From an uncultured Verrucomicrobiae bacterium (GTDB lineage: Bacteria > Verrucomicrobiota > Verrucomicrobiia > Chthoniobacterales > UBA10450): a DNA stretch of 64,000 nt. The stretch lies in contig CAVSDR010000003.1 of NCBI GenBank assembly GCA_963726745.1, positions 96,001 to 160,000 on the forward strand, written 5' to 3'. The position numbers were made by a program, and so were the translations under genes. Below are positions 10,471 to 20,155 of the stretch, one piece after another (the first letter of the stretch is position 1; the number at the start of each line of letters is the position of its first letter). Under the pieces are notes generated by a model that saw only the letters and a program-made list of their open reading frames with translations, was not told the DNA's origin and did no database searches.

Positions 10471-11133
10471 ATGAATTCGTTGTCCAAATTCCGCCATTCC
10501 CTTCTCGCCGTTGTCCTCGCTACCGCTTCCAGCACGACCTTGTTCGCCCAAAATTTGGTGCAAGATCCCGGCTTCGAAGCAAGTGCAGATGGCACCGGGG
10601 CCCATCCATTCTCCGCTTCTTGGACGGTGAATGACCCCAGCGCCTTTTCTAACGTAGGGGGCGATAGTGCCTTTGCTCACAGTGGGAACAACTACGCGAA
10701 TTTGGGCTACGATCCGAGCAAAGCCGGCCCGATGCCCCCAGCATTCGCTAGCCTTTCCCAGACCTTGGCGACCACGATTGGGACCACCTACACTCTTTCC
10801 TTCTGGCTGGCTAACAACACCAGCTTGCCGACGAATTTCTTCCAAGCGTTCTTCAACGGGGTAATGGTTTCCTCGACCATCACCAGCCCTCCATTCCCTT
10901 CGAACGGGACCTACCAGCAGATCGTCCTGACCGGGCTGGTGGCGACTTCGACCTCAACCTCGCTCCAGTTCCGCTATCGCAACGACGATGATTTTTGGAA
11001 CCTCGACGATGTCAGCGTAACCGGTCCGGCCGCTGCTCCGGAAGGTGGGGCAACTCTCTGGATCCTCCTGCCGGTCTTCGGGGGAGTCTGCCTGCTGCAT
11101 CGCCGCCTACGTGTGGCCCGCCAGGTGGGATAG
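10471..11133 (+). CDS. Secreted protein with a carbohydrate-binding-like beta-sandwich and PEP-CTERM/VPDSG-CTERM-like sorting signal
   Basis: Signal peptide, QNLVQDPGFE, LSQTLATTIGTTYTLSFWL, LDDVSV; tail APEGGATLWILLPVFGGVCLLHRRLR (PE motif, TM segment, basic cluster). Confidence 0.8.
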   Translation: MNSLSKFRHSLLAVVLATASSTTLFAQNLVQDPGFEASADGTGAHPFSASWTVNDPSAFSNVGGDSAFAHSGNNYANLGYDPSKAGPMPPAFASLSQTLATTIGTTYTLSFWLANNTSLPTNFFQAFFNGVMVSSTITSPPFPSNGTYQQIVLTGLVATSTSTSLQFRYRNDDDFWNLDDVSVTGPAAAPEGGATLWILLPVFGGVCLLHRRLRVARQVG

Positions 11134-11375
11134 GCTACTCTTAAAAGAGCTTGCGGTTTTACGCGGGCGCGAAGGCGGGAATCTCCGGAATCCCGAATTC
11201 GCGCCCGCCAGTTTTTCGGTCGAGGCTAGCCGCTTTAGGTGCTGAGGGTGCATTATTAGGTCGTAAAAGGGCTCATCTCCATGGCGCAAAATCTGCAATC
11301 GAAGTCAGGTAGACCAACTCGATTGACACTTTTACGCATTGTGCGAACATTCGCGCCGGTCCACCCCCACAGTCT

Positions 11376-12212
11376 ATGCATCGCTCACCCTTTCTCTGCG
11401 CCCTCCTCTGTTGCGCCTTAGGCGCCATGATCGCACTTGCCGCGCCAGTTCACGCGGATCCTCTTTTCGACAACGGCACTCCCGATCATGCAGATGGATT
11501 CGAGATGACGGTGTGGATCCAAGCGGACGATTTTACCCTGAATGAGGGCGGTCGGCTGAGTGGAGTGAAATTCTGGACCGGAGAACTCGTCGGCTATTTC
11601 CAGGGCACAGTCACGTGGCAGATCTACGCGAACAGCCCCCAAAACAAGCCTGGTACCTTGCTTTACAGCGGCTCCTCTCCGACCTCGCATGCGGCCACCG
11701 GGCTCACGGTCTACGGACCTTTCAAGGAATATGTATCCGACTTCGAGGTTCCTTCCATCGATCTTCCAGCTGGCACGTATTGGCTGGGCTTGCACAATGG
11801 CCCCTTGAGCAATGTCGGATCGCAAAACGTCTTTTGGGTTAGCACCCTGGGCGGTCGCGGTAATCCCGGACAGGAACAGCCCCTAGTCCCGCCATTACAA
11901 TACTGGGACAGCCACCTGTGTCCGAATTGCACCCGCCAACTCCCACCCGATCTGGCTTTCCAACTCAGCGGTGTTAGCGCTCCTCGAATCGTCTCCATGG
12001 CTGTCACCAACCGAATCCCTCGTCTTGGCTTCACGACCTCGGCTGGGCAGAGCTACCGTGTCGAATTCAAAAGCAATTTGAGTGATCCCAGCTGGACAAC
12101 TCTCTCGGGTTCGGAATCTGTTGCTGGCACTGGCGGTGTGCTCGAAATCACGGATCCCGGAGCAACCGCCGGTCCCGGAGCGAAGCGCTTTTACCGTGTG
12201 GTGCTTCTTTGA
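11376..12212 (+). CDS. Secreted protein with a Verrucomicrobia-type C-terminal domain ending RFYRVVLL
   Basis: Signal peptide, ADDFTL...GTYWLGL domain, C-terminal GQSYRVEFKSNLSDPSW...ITDPGA...RFYRV. Confidence 0.75.
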   Translation: MHRSPFLCALLCCALGAMIALAAPVHADPLFDNGTPDHADGFEMTVWIQADDFTLNEGGRLSGVKFWTGELVGYFQGTVTWQIYANSPQNKPGTLLYSGSSPTSHAATGLTVYGPFKEYVSDFEVPSIDLPAGTYWLGLHNGPLSNVGSQNVFWVSTLGGRGNPGQEQPLVPPLQYWDSHLCPNCTRQLPPDLAFQLSGVSAPRIVSMAVTNRIPRLGFTTSAGQSYRVEFKSNLSDPSWTTLSGSESVAGTGGVLEITDPGATAGPGAKRFYRVVLL

Positions 12213-12339
12213 ACGCGAATTTCGCCGCGCGCATTCCTCTCTCTGCAACGCTTTTACGGTTTTTCTGAATTAAACTGCAACTTTACCTTGTCTCTCAGCT
12301 CATTTTTGGCTTAAAAAGGCTCCTGCAATCACACTCCCC

Positions 12340-12603
12340 ATGAAGACCCTCTTCCGCTTCCTCCCTTCTGCGTCTCGTTCGGCTTCCACGTCCGCCATTT
12401 TGCTCGCCGCCACTGTCCTCGGCACGGGCTTCTGGGTGGCTACTAGCAGCACCGCACTGGCAGCCGATTGCGTTCTCTGTCACAAACGCACGACCCAGAT
12501 CACCGTCGTTTGCAGCAGTTTGGATTACCGCCGCCACGTGGATCACGGGGATACCACCGGTATGTGTCCGGCCAGCCGTTCCGAGACCGAAAGCCGCTTC
12601 TAG
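12340..12603 (+). CDS. Small secreted Cys/His-rich protein, copy 2
   Basis: Signal peptide ending ALA-A; core ADCVLCHKRTTQITVVCSSLDYRRHVDHGDTTGMC, 26/35 identical to copy 1. Confidence 0.85.
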   Translation: MKTLFRFLPSASRSASTSAILLAATVLGTGFWVATSSTALAADCVLCHKRTTQITVVCSSLDYRRHVDHGDTTGMCPASRSETESRF

Positions 12604-12679
12604 CACTCGTTTTCGAGGTCCCGGGCAAACTTTTGCGCCCGACCGATCGCTCCTCTGAGAATCTCTGATACGTCAGCGG

Positions 12680-14470
12680 GTGGCTGAGCGAAGGTCTTAC
12701 TGGTCTCTGGGGGCCGGACTCTCCGTCTTTCTAACGGCGGTTGCGCTTGCTTCGATGCAGGTGCTCCTGTCAGAGCGAAGCCTGTTTCCCGTTCTTCCGG
12801 GCTACGCTTTGCTCGCCCTCGGCGGCGGCTTTGCCTTCGCGTTTCGCCGTGACCTCTCCACCGGCGATGCTGCATGCCTGGGCACCACCCTCCTTTTTGG
12901 CGGCTACATCATCGCTCGGGCGCTAACTTCCCCGGATGGCTACGCCGCGCGGATCGATCTCTACCTGGCGGTCGCAGCGATCTCGTTTTACGGACTGATA
13001 ACCTCCGTTCTTCGCTCACCCGCCAGCCGGATGGGGTTGATCGGCCTCCTTCTCGGCTTCGCCTCCGTCCACGTGCTTGTGGGCGTGGTCCAGGCAGGCT
13101 TGGGGAAAAATTACGCGATGCTTTTCTCCTGGCTGGAGCACGTGGCACCGGACGAGCGCGCAACCGGCTTCTTTGTCAATCCTGACCATCTCGCCGGATT
13201 GCTGGAGGTGCTGGGAATTTTCGGGCTATGCCTTGCCTGCTGGAGCCGACGCGCAGGTTGGCTGCGGGTTCTCATCGCATATCTCGCAGGGCTTTGTTAC
13301 GTGGGGCTTTCCCTAACCGGGAGCCGCGGAGGCTACTTAAGCGCGGCCATTGGCTTGATCTTGCTGGCTAGTTTTAGCTTGGTCGTCTTGTGGCGGGCCG
13401 GAGCTGGGACGGCGCTGCGCCTCGCCGGCGGGATGCTTCTTTTAATCAGCATCCTGGGCGCCGGCGGGTGGTTCTTCGTCCGGGCACACGTCCCGTTGCG
13501 CGAGGTCAGCATCGAGGTCTTCACGACGGATGAAGGACGATTGGGGCTTTGGCAAGCGGCCCTGGACCAATGGAAGCTGCAGCCGCTGGTCGGCACTGGC
13601 AGCGGCACCTACCGCTTCTACGGCCGCGAATTCCGGGCGCCGAAAATGCAGATGGATCCCGGCGATGCCCACAATGACTACCTGCAACTCCTCGCCGAAT
13701 ACGGCCTCGTCGGCGCGGCCATCTTTCTTCTTTTTCTCGCGAGCCATCTTCGCGCCGGCTGGCGCAGTTTCCGGATGCTCGGCCCGCAACGCATCGCCAG
13801 CGGCGGGCACCTCTTGAGCGATCGCCTCGCGCTCAACCTCGGCGCGCTCTGCGCGCTCGCGACCTGCGCCGCCCACTCCGTGGTCGACTACAACATGCAT
13901 CTCCCGGCGAATGCCCTCCTCTTGGTCTTCGCCACCGCGCTCCTCGCTGATTCCGGCCTGAACCTCCCCGCGGCCGCAAGGGCCCCGCGTTTTCGTCTTG
14001 CCTTCACTCTTATCGCCGCCCTTGGCGCCGTGGTTTTGTTCGTGCAATCAGCCCGCCTCTATCCGGGCGAACACTTCACGGAAAAGGCGCGCCTTGCCCT
14101 CCGCGACGAAAACCCTGCCGGCGCCATCGAGCAGGCCGAGGAGGCGTTGCGGTATGAGCAGAAAAATCCCCGGACGTACTTCATCCTCGGACGCGCCTTG
14201 TCTGCGCTCGGCAATCAGCCAGAGCAGGCAGCGAATCGGTCGGCCCTCTATGCCAAGGCGCTGTCTGCTTTCGCCCGGGCCGAAGCGCTCGCTCCGCTCG
14301 ATGGCAGCTACCCCTTGGAGATTGCCTTTCTACACGATGAATCGGGCGACTTCGCCGCAGCTGAGCCGTTCTATCAACGGGCCCTGGCCCGCGACCCGCA
14401 CTCGATCTCGATGCGAAATCTATACCAGTCCCACCTCGAGCGCTGGCACGGCGAACCTTCCCCTCGTTAG
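12680..14470 (+). CDS. O-antigen ligase/O-OTase family membrane protein with C-terminal TPR, copy 2
   Basis: [56 protein letters not shown]-like tail; paralog of 8441..10240. Confidence 0.88.
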   Translation: MAERRSYWSLGAGLSVFLTAVALASMQVLLSERSLFPVLPGYALLALGGGFAFAFRRDLSTGDAACLGTTLLFGGYIIARALTSPDGYAARIDLYLAVAAISFYGLITSVLRSPASRMGLIGLLLGFASVHVLVGVVQAGLGKNYAMLFSWLEHVAPDERATGFFVNPDHLAGLLEVLGIFGLCLACWSRRAGWLRVLIAYLAGLCYVGLSLTGSRGGYLSAAIGLILLASFSLVVLWRAGAGTALRLAGGMLLLISILGAGGWFFVRAHVPLREVSIEVFTTDEGRLGLWQAALDQWKLQPLVGTGSGTYRFYGREFRAPKMQMDPGDAHNDYLQLLAEYGLVGAAIFLLFLASHLRAGWRSFRMLGPQRIASGGHLLSDRLALNLGALCALATCAAHSVVDYNMHLPANALLLVFATALLADSGLNLPAAARAPRFRLAFTLIAALGAVVLFVQSARLYPGEHFTEKARLALRDENPAGAIEQAEEALRYEQKNPRTYFILGRALSALGNQPEQAANRSALYAKALSAFARAEALAPLDGSYPLEIAFLHDESGDFAAAEPFYQRALARDPHSISMRNLYQSHLERWHGEPSPR

Positions 14471-16002
14471 ACCCAGAGCGCGCGGTCAAACGTCCGATAC
14501 TGGATCGCCTCGCTCACGTGCTCAGACGTGATCGCCTCGCAGCCGGCGAGATCAGCCACCGTCCGCGAGACCTTCAGGATCCGGTCGTAGGCGCGTGCGC
14601 TCAGGTTGAGCTCGGTCATGGCGATGCGGATCAACTCCTGCGCGTCGTCGCCTAACGAGCAGTGCTGTTTAATCTGTCGCGGGCCCATGCGCGCGTTGCA
14701 ATTAATCTTCGTCCCGCCGGCGAAGCGCCCGCGTTGCCGCTCCCGCGCCCCTTCCACGCGCCCGCGGATTGCCGCCGAGGACTCTTCCACGCGCGTGCTC
14801 GCGATGTCGCGATACTCCACCGCAGGCACCTCGATGTGCAGGTCAATGCGGTCGAGCAAGGGTCCTGAGATGCGCTGCCGGTAACGTTGCACCTGTAGCG
14901 GCCCACAGCGGCATTCGCGCTTCAGGTCGCCGAAGAAACCGCAGGGGCACGGATTCATCGCCGCCACGAGCATGAACTCCGAGGGAAAGGTCACGCTTCC
15001 GGAAGCGCGCGAGACCGTCACCTTGCCATCCTCCAGCGGCTGCCGCATCACCTCGAGCGTCGAACGTTTGAACTCCGGCAGCTCATCGAGGAAAAGCACG
15101 CCGTGATGCGCCAGGCTCACCTCCCCTGGCGTGGGAATGGCCGAGCCGCCGAGCAGGCCGACATCCGAGATCGTGTGATGCGGCGAACGAAATGGCCGCA
15201 CGCTCACGAAGGCCTGTTCCGCCGTGAGCATGCCGCTAATGCTGTGAATCTTGGTGCTCTCGATCGCCTCCTCCAGCGAGAGCGGCGGGATGATCGTGGG
15301 AATGCGCTTCGAAAGCATCGATTTCCCCGAGCCCGGCGGCCCGATCATGAGCAGGTTGTGCCCCCCGGCCACCGCCACCTCGATCGCGCGTTTCACGTGC
15401 GCCTGGCCCTTCACGTCGGCGAAGTCGACTTCGTAGTCCTGATGTCGCGCGAAAAACTCCGAGAGATCGCCCCGCGTCGGCTCGAGCTGGCATTCGCCGC
15501 GGAGAAAACTGAAGGCCTCGCGCAGATTGCGCACGCCGTAGATGTCGATCCCTTTCACCATCGCGGCTTCGCGCGCGTTCCCTTGCGGGACAAAGAGCGC
15601 GCGTTTCCCGCTTCGGCGCGCCTCCAGCGCCACCGGCAAGACACCTTTTACCGGGCGCACCGCGCCGCTCAGCGCCAGCTCGCCGACAAAACTGTAGCTG
15701 GCCAGGGATTCATCAGTCCATTCTTCGGCAGCCGCGATCATCCCGAGCGCGATCGGCAGGTCAAAGCTCGGGCCCTCCTTCTTCGTGTCGGCCGGCGCGA
15801 GGTTGATCGTCGTCCGCCCGCGCGGCCAATGGTAGCCGCTGTTGGCGATTGCGGTGGTCACGCGATCGCGGCTCTCTTTCACCGCTGCATCCGGCAGGCC
15901 CACGATGATGATGTGCGATTCGCCGTGCCCGGCGTTGACCTCGATCTCGATCTCATAGGCATCCACTCCATAGACCGCGGCGGAGTAGATCTTGGCCAGC
16001 AT
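14467..16002 (-). CDS. comM: YifB/ComM family Mg-chelatase-like AAA+ ATPase
   Basis: [71 protein letters not shown]. Confidence 0.93.
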   Translation of the reverse strand: MLAKIYSAAVYGVDAYEIEIEVNAGHGESHIIIVGLPDAAVKESRDRVTTAIANSGYHWPRGRTTINLAPADTKKEGPSFDLPIALGMIAAAEEWTDESLASYSFVGELALSGAVRPVKGVLPVALEARRSGKRALFVPQGNAREAAMVKGIDIYGVRNLREAFSFLRGECQLEPTRGDLSEFFARHQDYEVDFADVKGQAHVKRAIEVAVAGGHNLLMIGPPGSGKSMLSKRIPTIIPPLSLEEAIESTKIHSISGMLTAEQAFVSVRPFRSPHHTISDVGLLGGSAIPTPGEVSLAHHGVLFLDELPEFKRSTLEVMRQPLEDGKVTVSRASGSVTFPSEFMLVAAMNPCPCGFFGDLKRECRCGPLQVQRYRQRISGPLLDRIDLHIEVPAVEYRDIASTRVEESSAAIRGRVEGARERQRGRFAGGTKINCNARMGPRQIKQHCSLGDDAQELIRIAMTELNLSARAYDRILKVSRTVADLAGCEAITSEHVSEAIQYRTFDRALWV

Positions 16003-16049
16003 CGCGCGGCCCAAGCTGGCAGAGAAGGCCGCGCAGGAAAATGGAAAAC

Positions 16050-18344
16050 TCAGCCGCGAGGCGTCCGGCCCGCGAGGTTGGCCACCGCCGTGATGAGCTC
16101 CGAGCTCTCGACCGGCTTCGCCAGGTGCAACTGAAAGCCGCATCCGAGCGCGCGTTTCCGATCCTCCACCCGCGCAAAGGCCGTGAGCGCGATCGCCGGG
16201 ATTGCCCCGCCCTCCTCCGCGCTCAACGCTCGCACGCGCTGCAGGAGGGAATAGCCATCCTCACCCGGCATGCCGACATCAGAGACGAGCACGTCCGGCT
16301 TCATGGTCTGGAGCGCCTGCAAGGCCTCGCGCGCTGAGCTCGCAAGTTCCACCACGGCCCCGCATTCGCTCAGGACCCGGCGGAGTAACTCCCGCGCGTC
16401 CACGTCGTCATCCACCGCGAGGATCTTCACCCCGCGCAGATCTTGCCGTCTAAATCCCGCCCCTTCTTCGAGCACTCCGCCCCTCGGCCGCGCCCGTTCC
16501 TCCGGCTCGAGCTGCACCGCGCTCAGAGGAAATCTGACCGTAAAGGTCGCGCCGCGGTTCCGTCCGCCGCTTTCCGCCGTCACACCGCCGCCGTGCAATT
16601 CCACCAAATTCTTCACGATCGCGAGCCCCAGCCCCAGGCCCCCATGCTGCCGCGTGGTCGACGCGTCGGCCTGCCGGAAGCGATCGAAAACATTCGGCAA
16701 AAACTCCGGCGTAATCCCCTCGCCGCTGTCGCGCACGCGGATCGCCACCTTGCTTTCCACCTGCTCCAGGAGCACTTCCACCGTTCCGCCCTTGGGCGTA
16801 AATTTGATCGCGTTCGTGAGCAAATTCCAAAGCACCTGCTGGATCCGCGCCGGATCTCCGCGAATCGCGCCAGCTTCCGGGTCGAGCGTGGTGCTGAGTG
16901 CGACTTGCCGCGCCGTGGCCATCGGGTTGACCGATTCAACCGCGGAACGAATCAGCTGCAAGAGATCGACCTGCTGCACCTCCAGCCGCACCTTGCCGGA
17001 AATGATCCGGCTCATGTCGAGCAGGTCCTCGATGATCTGCGCCTGCGCGCGTGCGTTTCGCTCGATCACCGACACGCCCTCGGCCACGTCCTCCGGCCGA
17101 TCGGTCGCGCCCAGGAGATTGGCCCAACCGAGGATCGCGTTTAACGGCGTGCGCAGCTCGTGTGAAAGCGTCGCCAAAAACTCATCCTTCATCCGCGTCT
17201 CGCGCTCGGCCCGCGCGCGCGCTTCCTTCTCGCTCACGAGTAATTTCTCCCGCTCCGCTTCCGCGCGTTTCCGCTGCTCGATCTCGCGCTGCGCGGCTTC
17301 GTAAAGACGCGCATTATCGATCGCGATCGCCGCCTGCGCGGCCACCCCCACGATGATTCGTTCCGCCCGCTCGGTGAAAACGCCTATTTCCGGGTGGCCG
17401 AAAAAAAGCCCACCGATCACTTCGCCGGAGCTCGAAATCACCGGCATCGCGAGGTAACTCCGCACCGGAAGATGCCCCTGTGGCATTCCATGGTGCGGGG
17501 AGAATTGCCCGTAGCGCGCGTCTTGCAGGATGTTATCCGACCGGATCGGCCCTTCGCCCTGGAAGGTCGGGCCGAAGAGCGCGGTCGCGCGTGGGTGACC
17601 AAATTTCTCGAAGGCCTCACGCGGTGCGCCGGACAGAGTGAACAGCGTCAGCGCCTCGCCGTTTTCATCCGTCTTTGTATAGAAAAAAGCGCCAAACTTC
17701 GCCCCGGTGAGTTCGGTTCCCGCGTCGGTTACGATCTGCACGATGTTCCGCAGATCGAGCTGCGCGGCGATCGCGGTGCCGGTCTTGTTCAACAACTCCA
17801 GGATCCGCGCCTCGTCGCGCAGCGTCTCTTCCGCCCGCACCTGCTCGCTGATGTCGCGGTAACTCCAGACGCGGCCGACCACGCGGTCGCCGATCTTTTG
17901 CAGCCGCGAACAGCGTTCATAAACGCGTCCATCCTGGAAGCACACCCGGTCGGTCGTCTCCGGCAGGCATTCTTCGTAAATCATGTTTGTGCGCTCGAGG
18001 AATTCCTCGGGATCCACCAACTGCTGCGCCAAATTAGCCAGCAAATTGACCCGCTCTTTTCCCAGCAAGACCTCTCCCGGCACCCGCCAGACGTCCAGAA
18101 ATTGCTGGTTAAAATCCGTGATCTCGCCGGCGTCGCTCACCACCAGGATGCCATCGGTCGTCGCCTCCAAGGTCGCGCGCAGGACGGAGAGCGAGTGCGC
18201 CAGTTCCTCCGTGCGCAATTCCAGCGCCCGCAAGGCTTGCGCCAGCTCGAGGTCCGCCCGGTGGCGCAGATGGGCGATGCTTTGCGAGGTTTGCATGGCC
18301 GAGGAGCGCAGCAGCTCGCTCTCGTCGTCGGGCGCTTCTTTCAT
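16050..18344 (-). CDS. Hybrid sensor histidine kinase/response regulator (PAS-GAF-HisKA-HATPase-REC)
   Basis: [41 protein letters not shown]. Confidence 0.93.
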   Translation of the reverse strand: MKEAPDDESELLRSSAMQTSQSIAHLRHRADLELAQALRALELRTEELAHSLSVLRATLEATTDGILVVSDAGEITDFNQQFLDVWRVPGEVLLGKERVNLLANLAQQLVDPEEFLERTNMIYEECLPETTDRVCFQDGRVYERCSRLQKIGDRVVGRVWSYRDISEQVRAEETLRDEARILELLNKTGTAIAAQLDLRNIVQIVTDAGTELTGAKFGAFFYTKTDENGEALTLFTLSGAPREAFEKFGHPRATALFGPTFQGEGPIRSDNILQDARYGQFSPHHGMPQGHLPVRSYLAMPVISSSGEVIGGLFFGHPEIGVFTERAERIIVGVAAQAAIAIDNARLYEAAQREIEQRKRAEAEREKLLVSEKEARARAERETRMKDEFLATLSHELRTPLNAILGWANLLGATDRPEDVAEGVSVIERNARAQAQIIEDLLDMSRIISGKVRLEVQQVDLLQLIRSAVESVNPMATARQVALSTTLDPEAGAIRGDPARIQQVLWNLLTNAIKFTPKGGTVEVLLEQVESKVAIRVRDSGEGITPEFLPNVFDRFRQADASTTRQHGGLGLGLAIVKNLVELHGGGVTAESGGRNRGATFTVRFPLSAVQLEPEERARPRGGVLEEGAGFRRQDLRGVKILAVDDDVDARELLRRVLSECGAVVELASSAREALQALQTMKPDVLVSDVGMPGEDGYSLLQRVRALSAEEGGAIPAIALTAFARVEDRKRALGCGFQLHLAKPVESSELITAVANLAGRTPRG

Positions 18345-19403
18345 TTAGCGGCCCCCGATCACGGCTGCGGCCATTTCCGTTCCCAGCACGCGGGCGCGGA
18401 TTTTCCGGAAAGCGGTCTCGCGGCTCGTGGAAGTGTCGTCGCTGAAAGGAGAAAACCCGCAGTCATCCGTCGAGCCTAGCATTTCCACCGGGATGAATCT
18501 TGCCGCCTCGAGCAGGCGATCGCGCACTTCCTCCGGGGTCTCGATCCGGGGATCGATCGGGTTGATCACCCCCACGAAAATCCGCTGCCAGCGCTGCCGG
18601 CGATCGCGGATGATCTCGAGCACGCGTTTCCGGTCCGGCTCCGCCGCCAGCGCGATGTAGAAATTGCCCGCCTGCAATTCGAAGAGATGCGGCAGCAACT
18701 CGGCGTAGTCCACCTCCGCGCTGTGGGTGGAATCGCGGTCCGCACCCGGGCAGGTGTGGACGCCCAGGCGATCTCGGTCCGCCTCGGTAAAGCGCATCAG
18801 CGCGAGATTATTCAGGTCGATGAAACTCTCCAGCAATTGCCCCTGTGGATCGATCTTCAACGCCAGCCGGCCCTCGGTGAAATCGATCTGCACCCGGTGT
18901 GCTCCCTTGTCCAGGCATCGGCTCACCTCTTGTTTGTGTTCGTTCAGCAGGTCCTCGAGGAAGCGCTCACGCGGGTAGCCCTCCAGCCCTTCCGCGGGAT
19001 ACATCAAGCTCAAGGCCGAGGGCGCGATCACTGCCTGCTTCACCGGGAGATCGGTGTGGCGCTGGGCAAACTCGAGGAAACTGTCGGCATAGCGCTTGTA
19101 GCGAAATGGACCGCTCGTTAGGCGCGGCCAGCGCCGCGTGTGGGTGATAAACGGCAACTTGAAGCCATCCGGCGCGATGTTTGGCAGGCCGTCGACTGCG
19201 TAGGTTGCGAAGTTGTGGAACTTCCGCTGCTCGCCATCGGTGATCACCGGCGATCCGGTCTCTTCAAAGGAGCGCAGCGTGTCCACGATCGCCGCCTCGT
19301 AAAGCGGCTCGAGCGCCGGATCATCCGCATCGAACTTCCCGAAACCATCGATCAACTCGAGCGGTCGCGGGATGCTGCCGATGGGTTCCGTGGGGATGAT
19401 CAT
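18345..19403 (-). CDS. Cobalamin-independent methionine synthase II-like protein (single barrel)
   Basis: PTEPIGSIPRP, TDGEQ, VQID, GVHTCPG, TDDCGF zinc-ligand motifs. Confidence 0.85.
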   Translation of the reverse strand: MIIPTEPIGSIPRPLELIDGFGKFDADDPALEPLYEAAIVDTLRSFEETGSPVITDGEQRKFHNFATYAVDGLPNIAPDGFKLPFITHTRRWPRLTSGPFRYKRYADSFLEFAQRHTDLPVKQAVIAPSALSLMYPAEGLEGYPRERFLEDLLNEHKQEVSRCLDKGAHRVQIDFTEGRLALKIDPQGQLLESFIDLNNLALMRFTEADRDRLGVHTCPGADRDSTHSAEVDYAELLPHLFELQAGNFYIALAAEPDRKRVLEIIRDRRQRWQRIFVGVINPIDPRIETPEEVRDRLLEAARFIPVEMLGSTDDCGFSPFSDDTSTSRETAFRKIRARVLGTEMAAAVIGGR

Positions 19404-19555
19404 ATTGCGAAAACGCTTCTCCCGGCCGCCTCAGCCGTTTCCGGCCAGGTCATTCCGAACGGGAGCCGCTCCTCAGGCAATGCGCTCCCCGGGTGCGCTT
19501 TGTCCAGCTCGATTCCGCGCGCAGAGGCGCGGTTTTTTTGCTACATCAAAGAGAG

Positions 19556-20155
19556 ATGCCGCGCCCGCTCCTGCTCTTCGCTCCCGGCGCCGGCGCCCCC
19601 TCCTCGCATCCGTGGATGGAGCACTGGGCGGAATTGCTCGCGCGTCTCGGCCCGGTCCGGCGTTTCGATTACGACTACCTGCGCGCGGGCTCGCGCCGCC
19701 CGGATCGTCCGCCGCAGCTCCTGGCGGCGCATCGCGCTGCCCTCGCCGAAGCGCGCGCCGGGCACGACGGCCCAGTGGTGCTCGCCGGCAAAAGCATGGG
19801 CGGCCGCATCGGCTGCCACCTCGCGCTCGAGGAAACAGTCAGCGCGCTCATCTGCTTCGGCTATCCGCTTTGCGGCGGTGGTGATCCCGCGAAGCTGCGC
19901 GACCAGGTCCTGCGCGACCTGCGCACGCCGGTGCTTTTCCTCCAGGGCACACGCGACCCGCTCTGCCCGCTCGCGCTGCTCGCGGAAGTGCGGGCGCAAA
20001 TGACCGCGCCTAACGAACTCCACGAGGTCGAGGGCGGCGATCATTCCCTCCTCGTGCGGAAGCGCGACCTGGCCGCGCGCGCGGAGACGCAAGCCACGGT
20101 CGACGCGCGTATCCTCCAGGCGATCGAGCAATTCCTCGCCCGCCACCTCGCATGA
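19556..20155 (+). CDS. Small alpha/beta hydrolase (KANL3/Tex30-like)
   Basis: APGAGA, GKSMGGR nucleophile elbow, QGTRDP, GGDHS; its stop overlaps the ligD start (ATGA). Confidence 0.85.
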   Translation: MPRPLLLFAPGAGAPSSHPWMEHWAELLARLGPVRRFDYDYLRAGSRRPDRPPQLLAAHRAALAEARAGHDGPVVLAGKSMGGRIGCHLALEETVSALICFGYPLCGGGDPAKLRDQVLRDLRTPVLFLQGTRDPLCPLALLAEVRAQMTAPNELHEVEGGDHSLLVRKRDLAARAETQATVDARILQAIEQFLARHLA

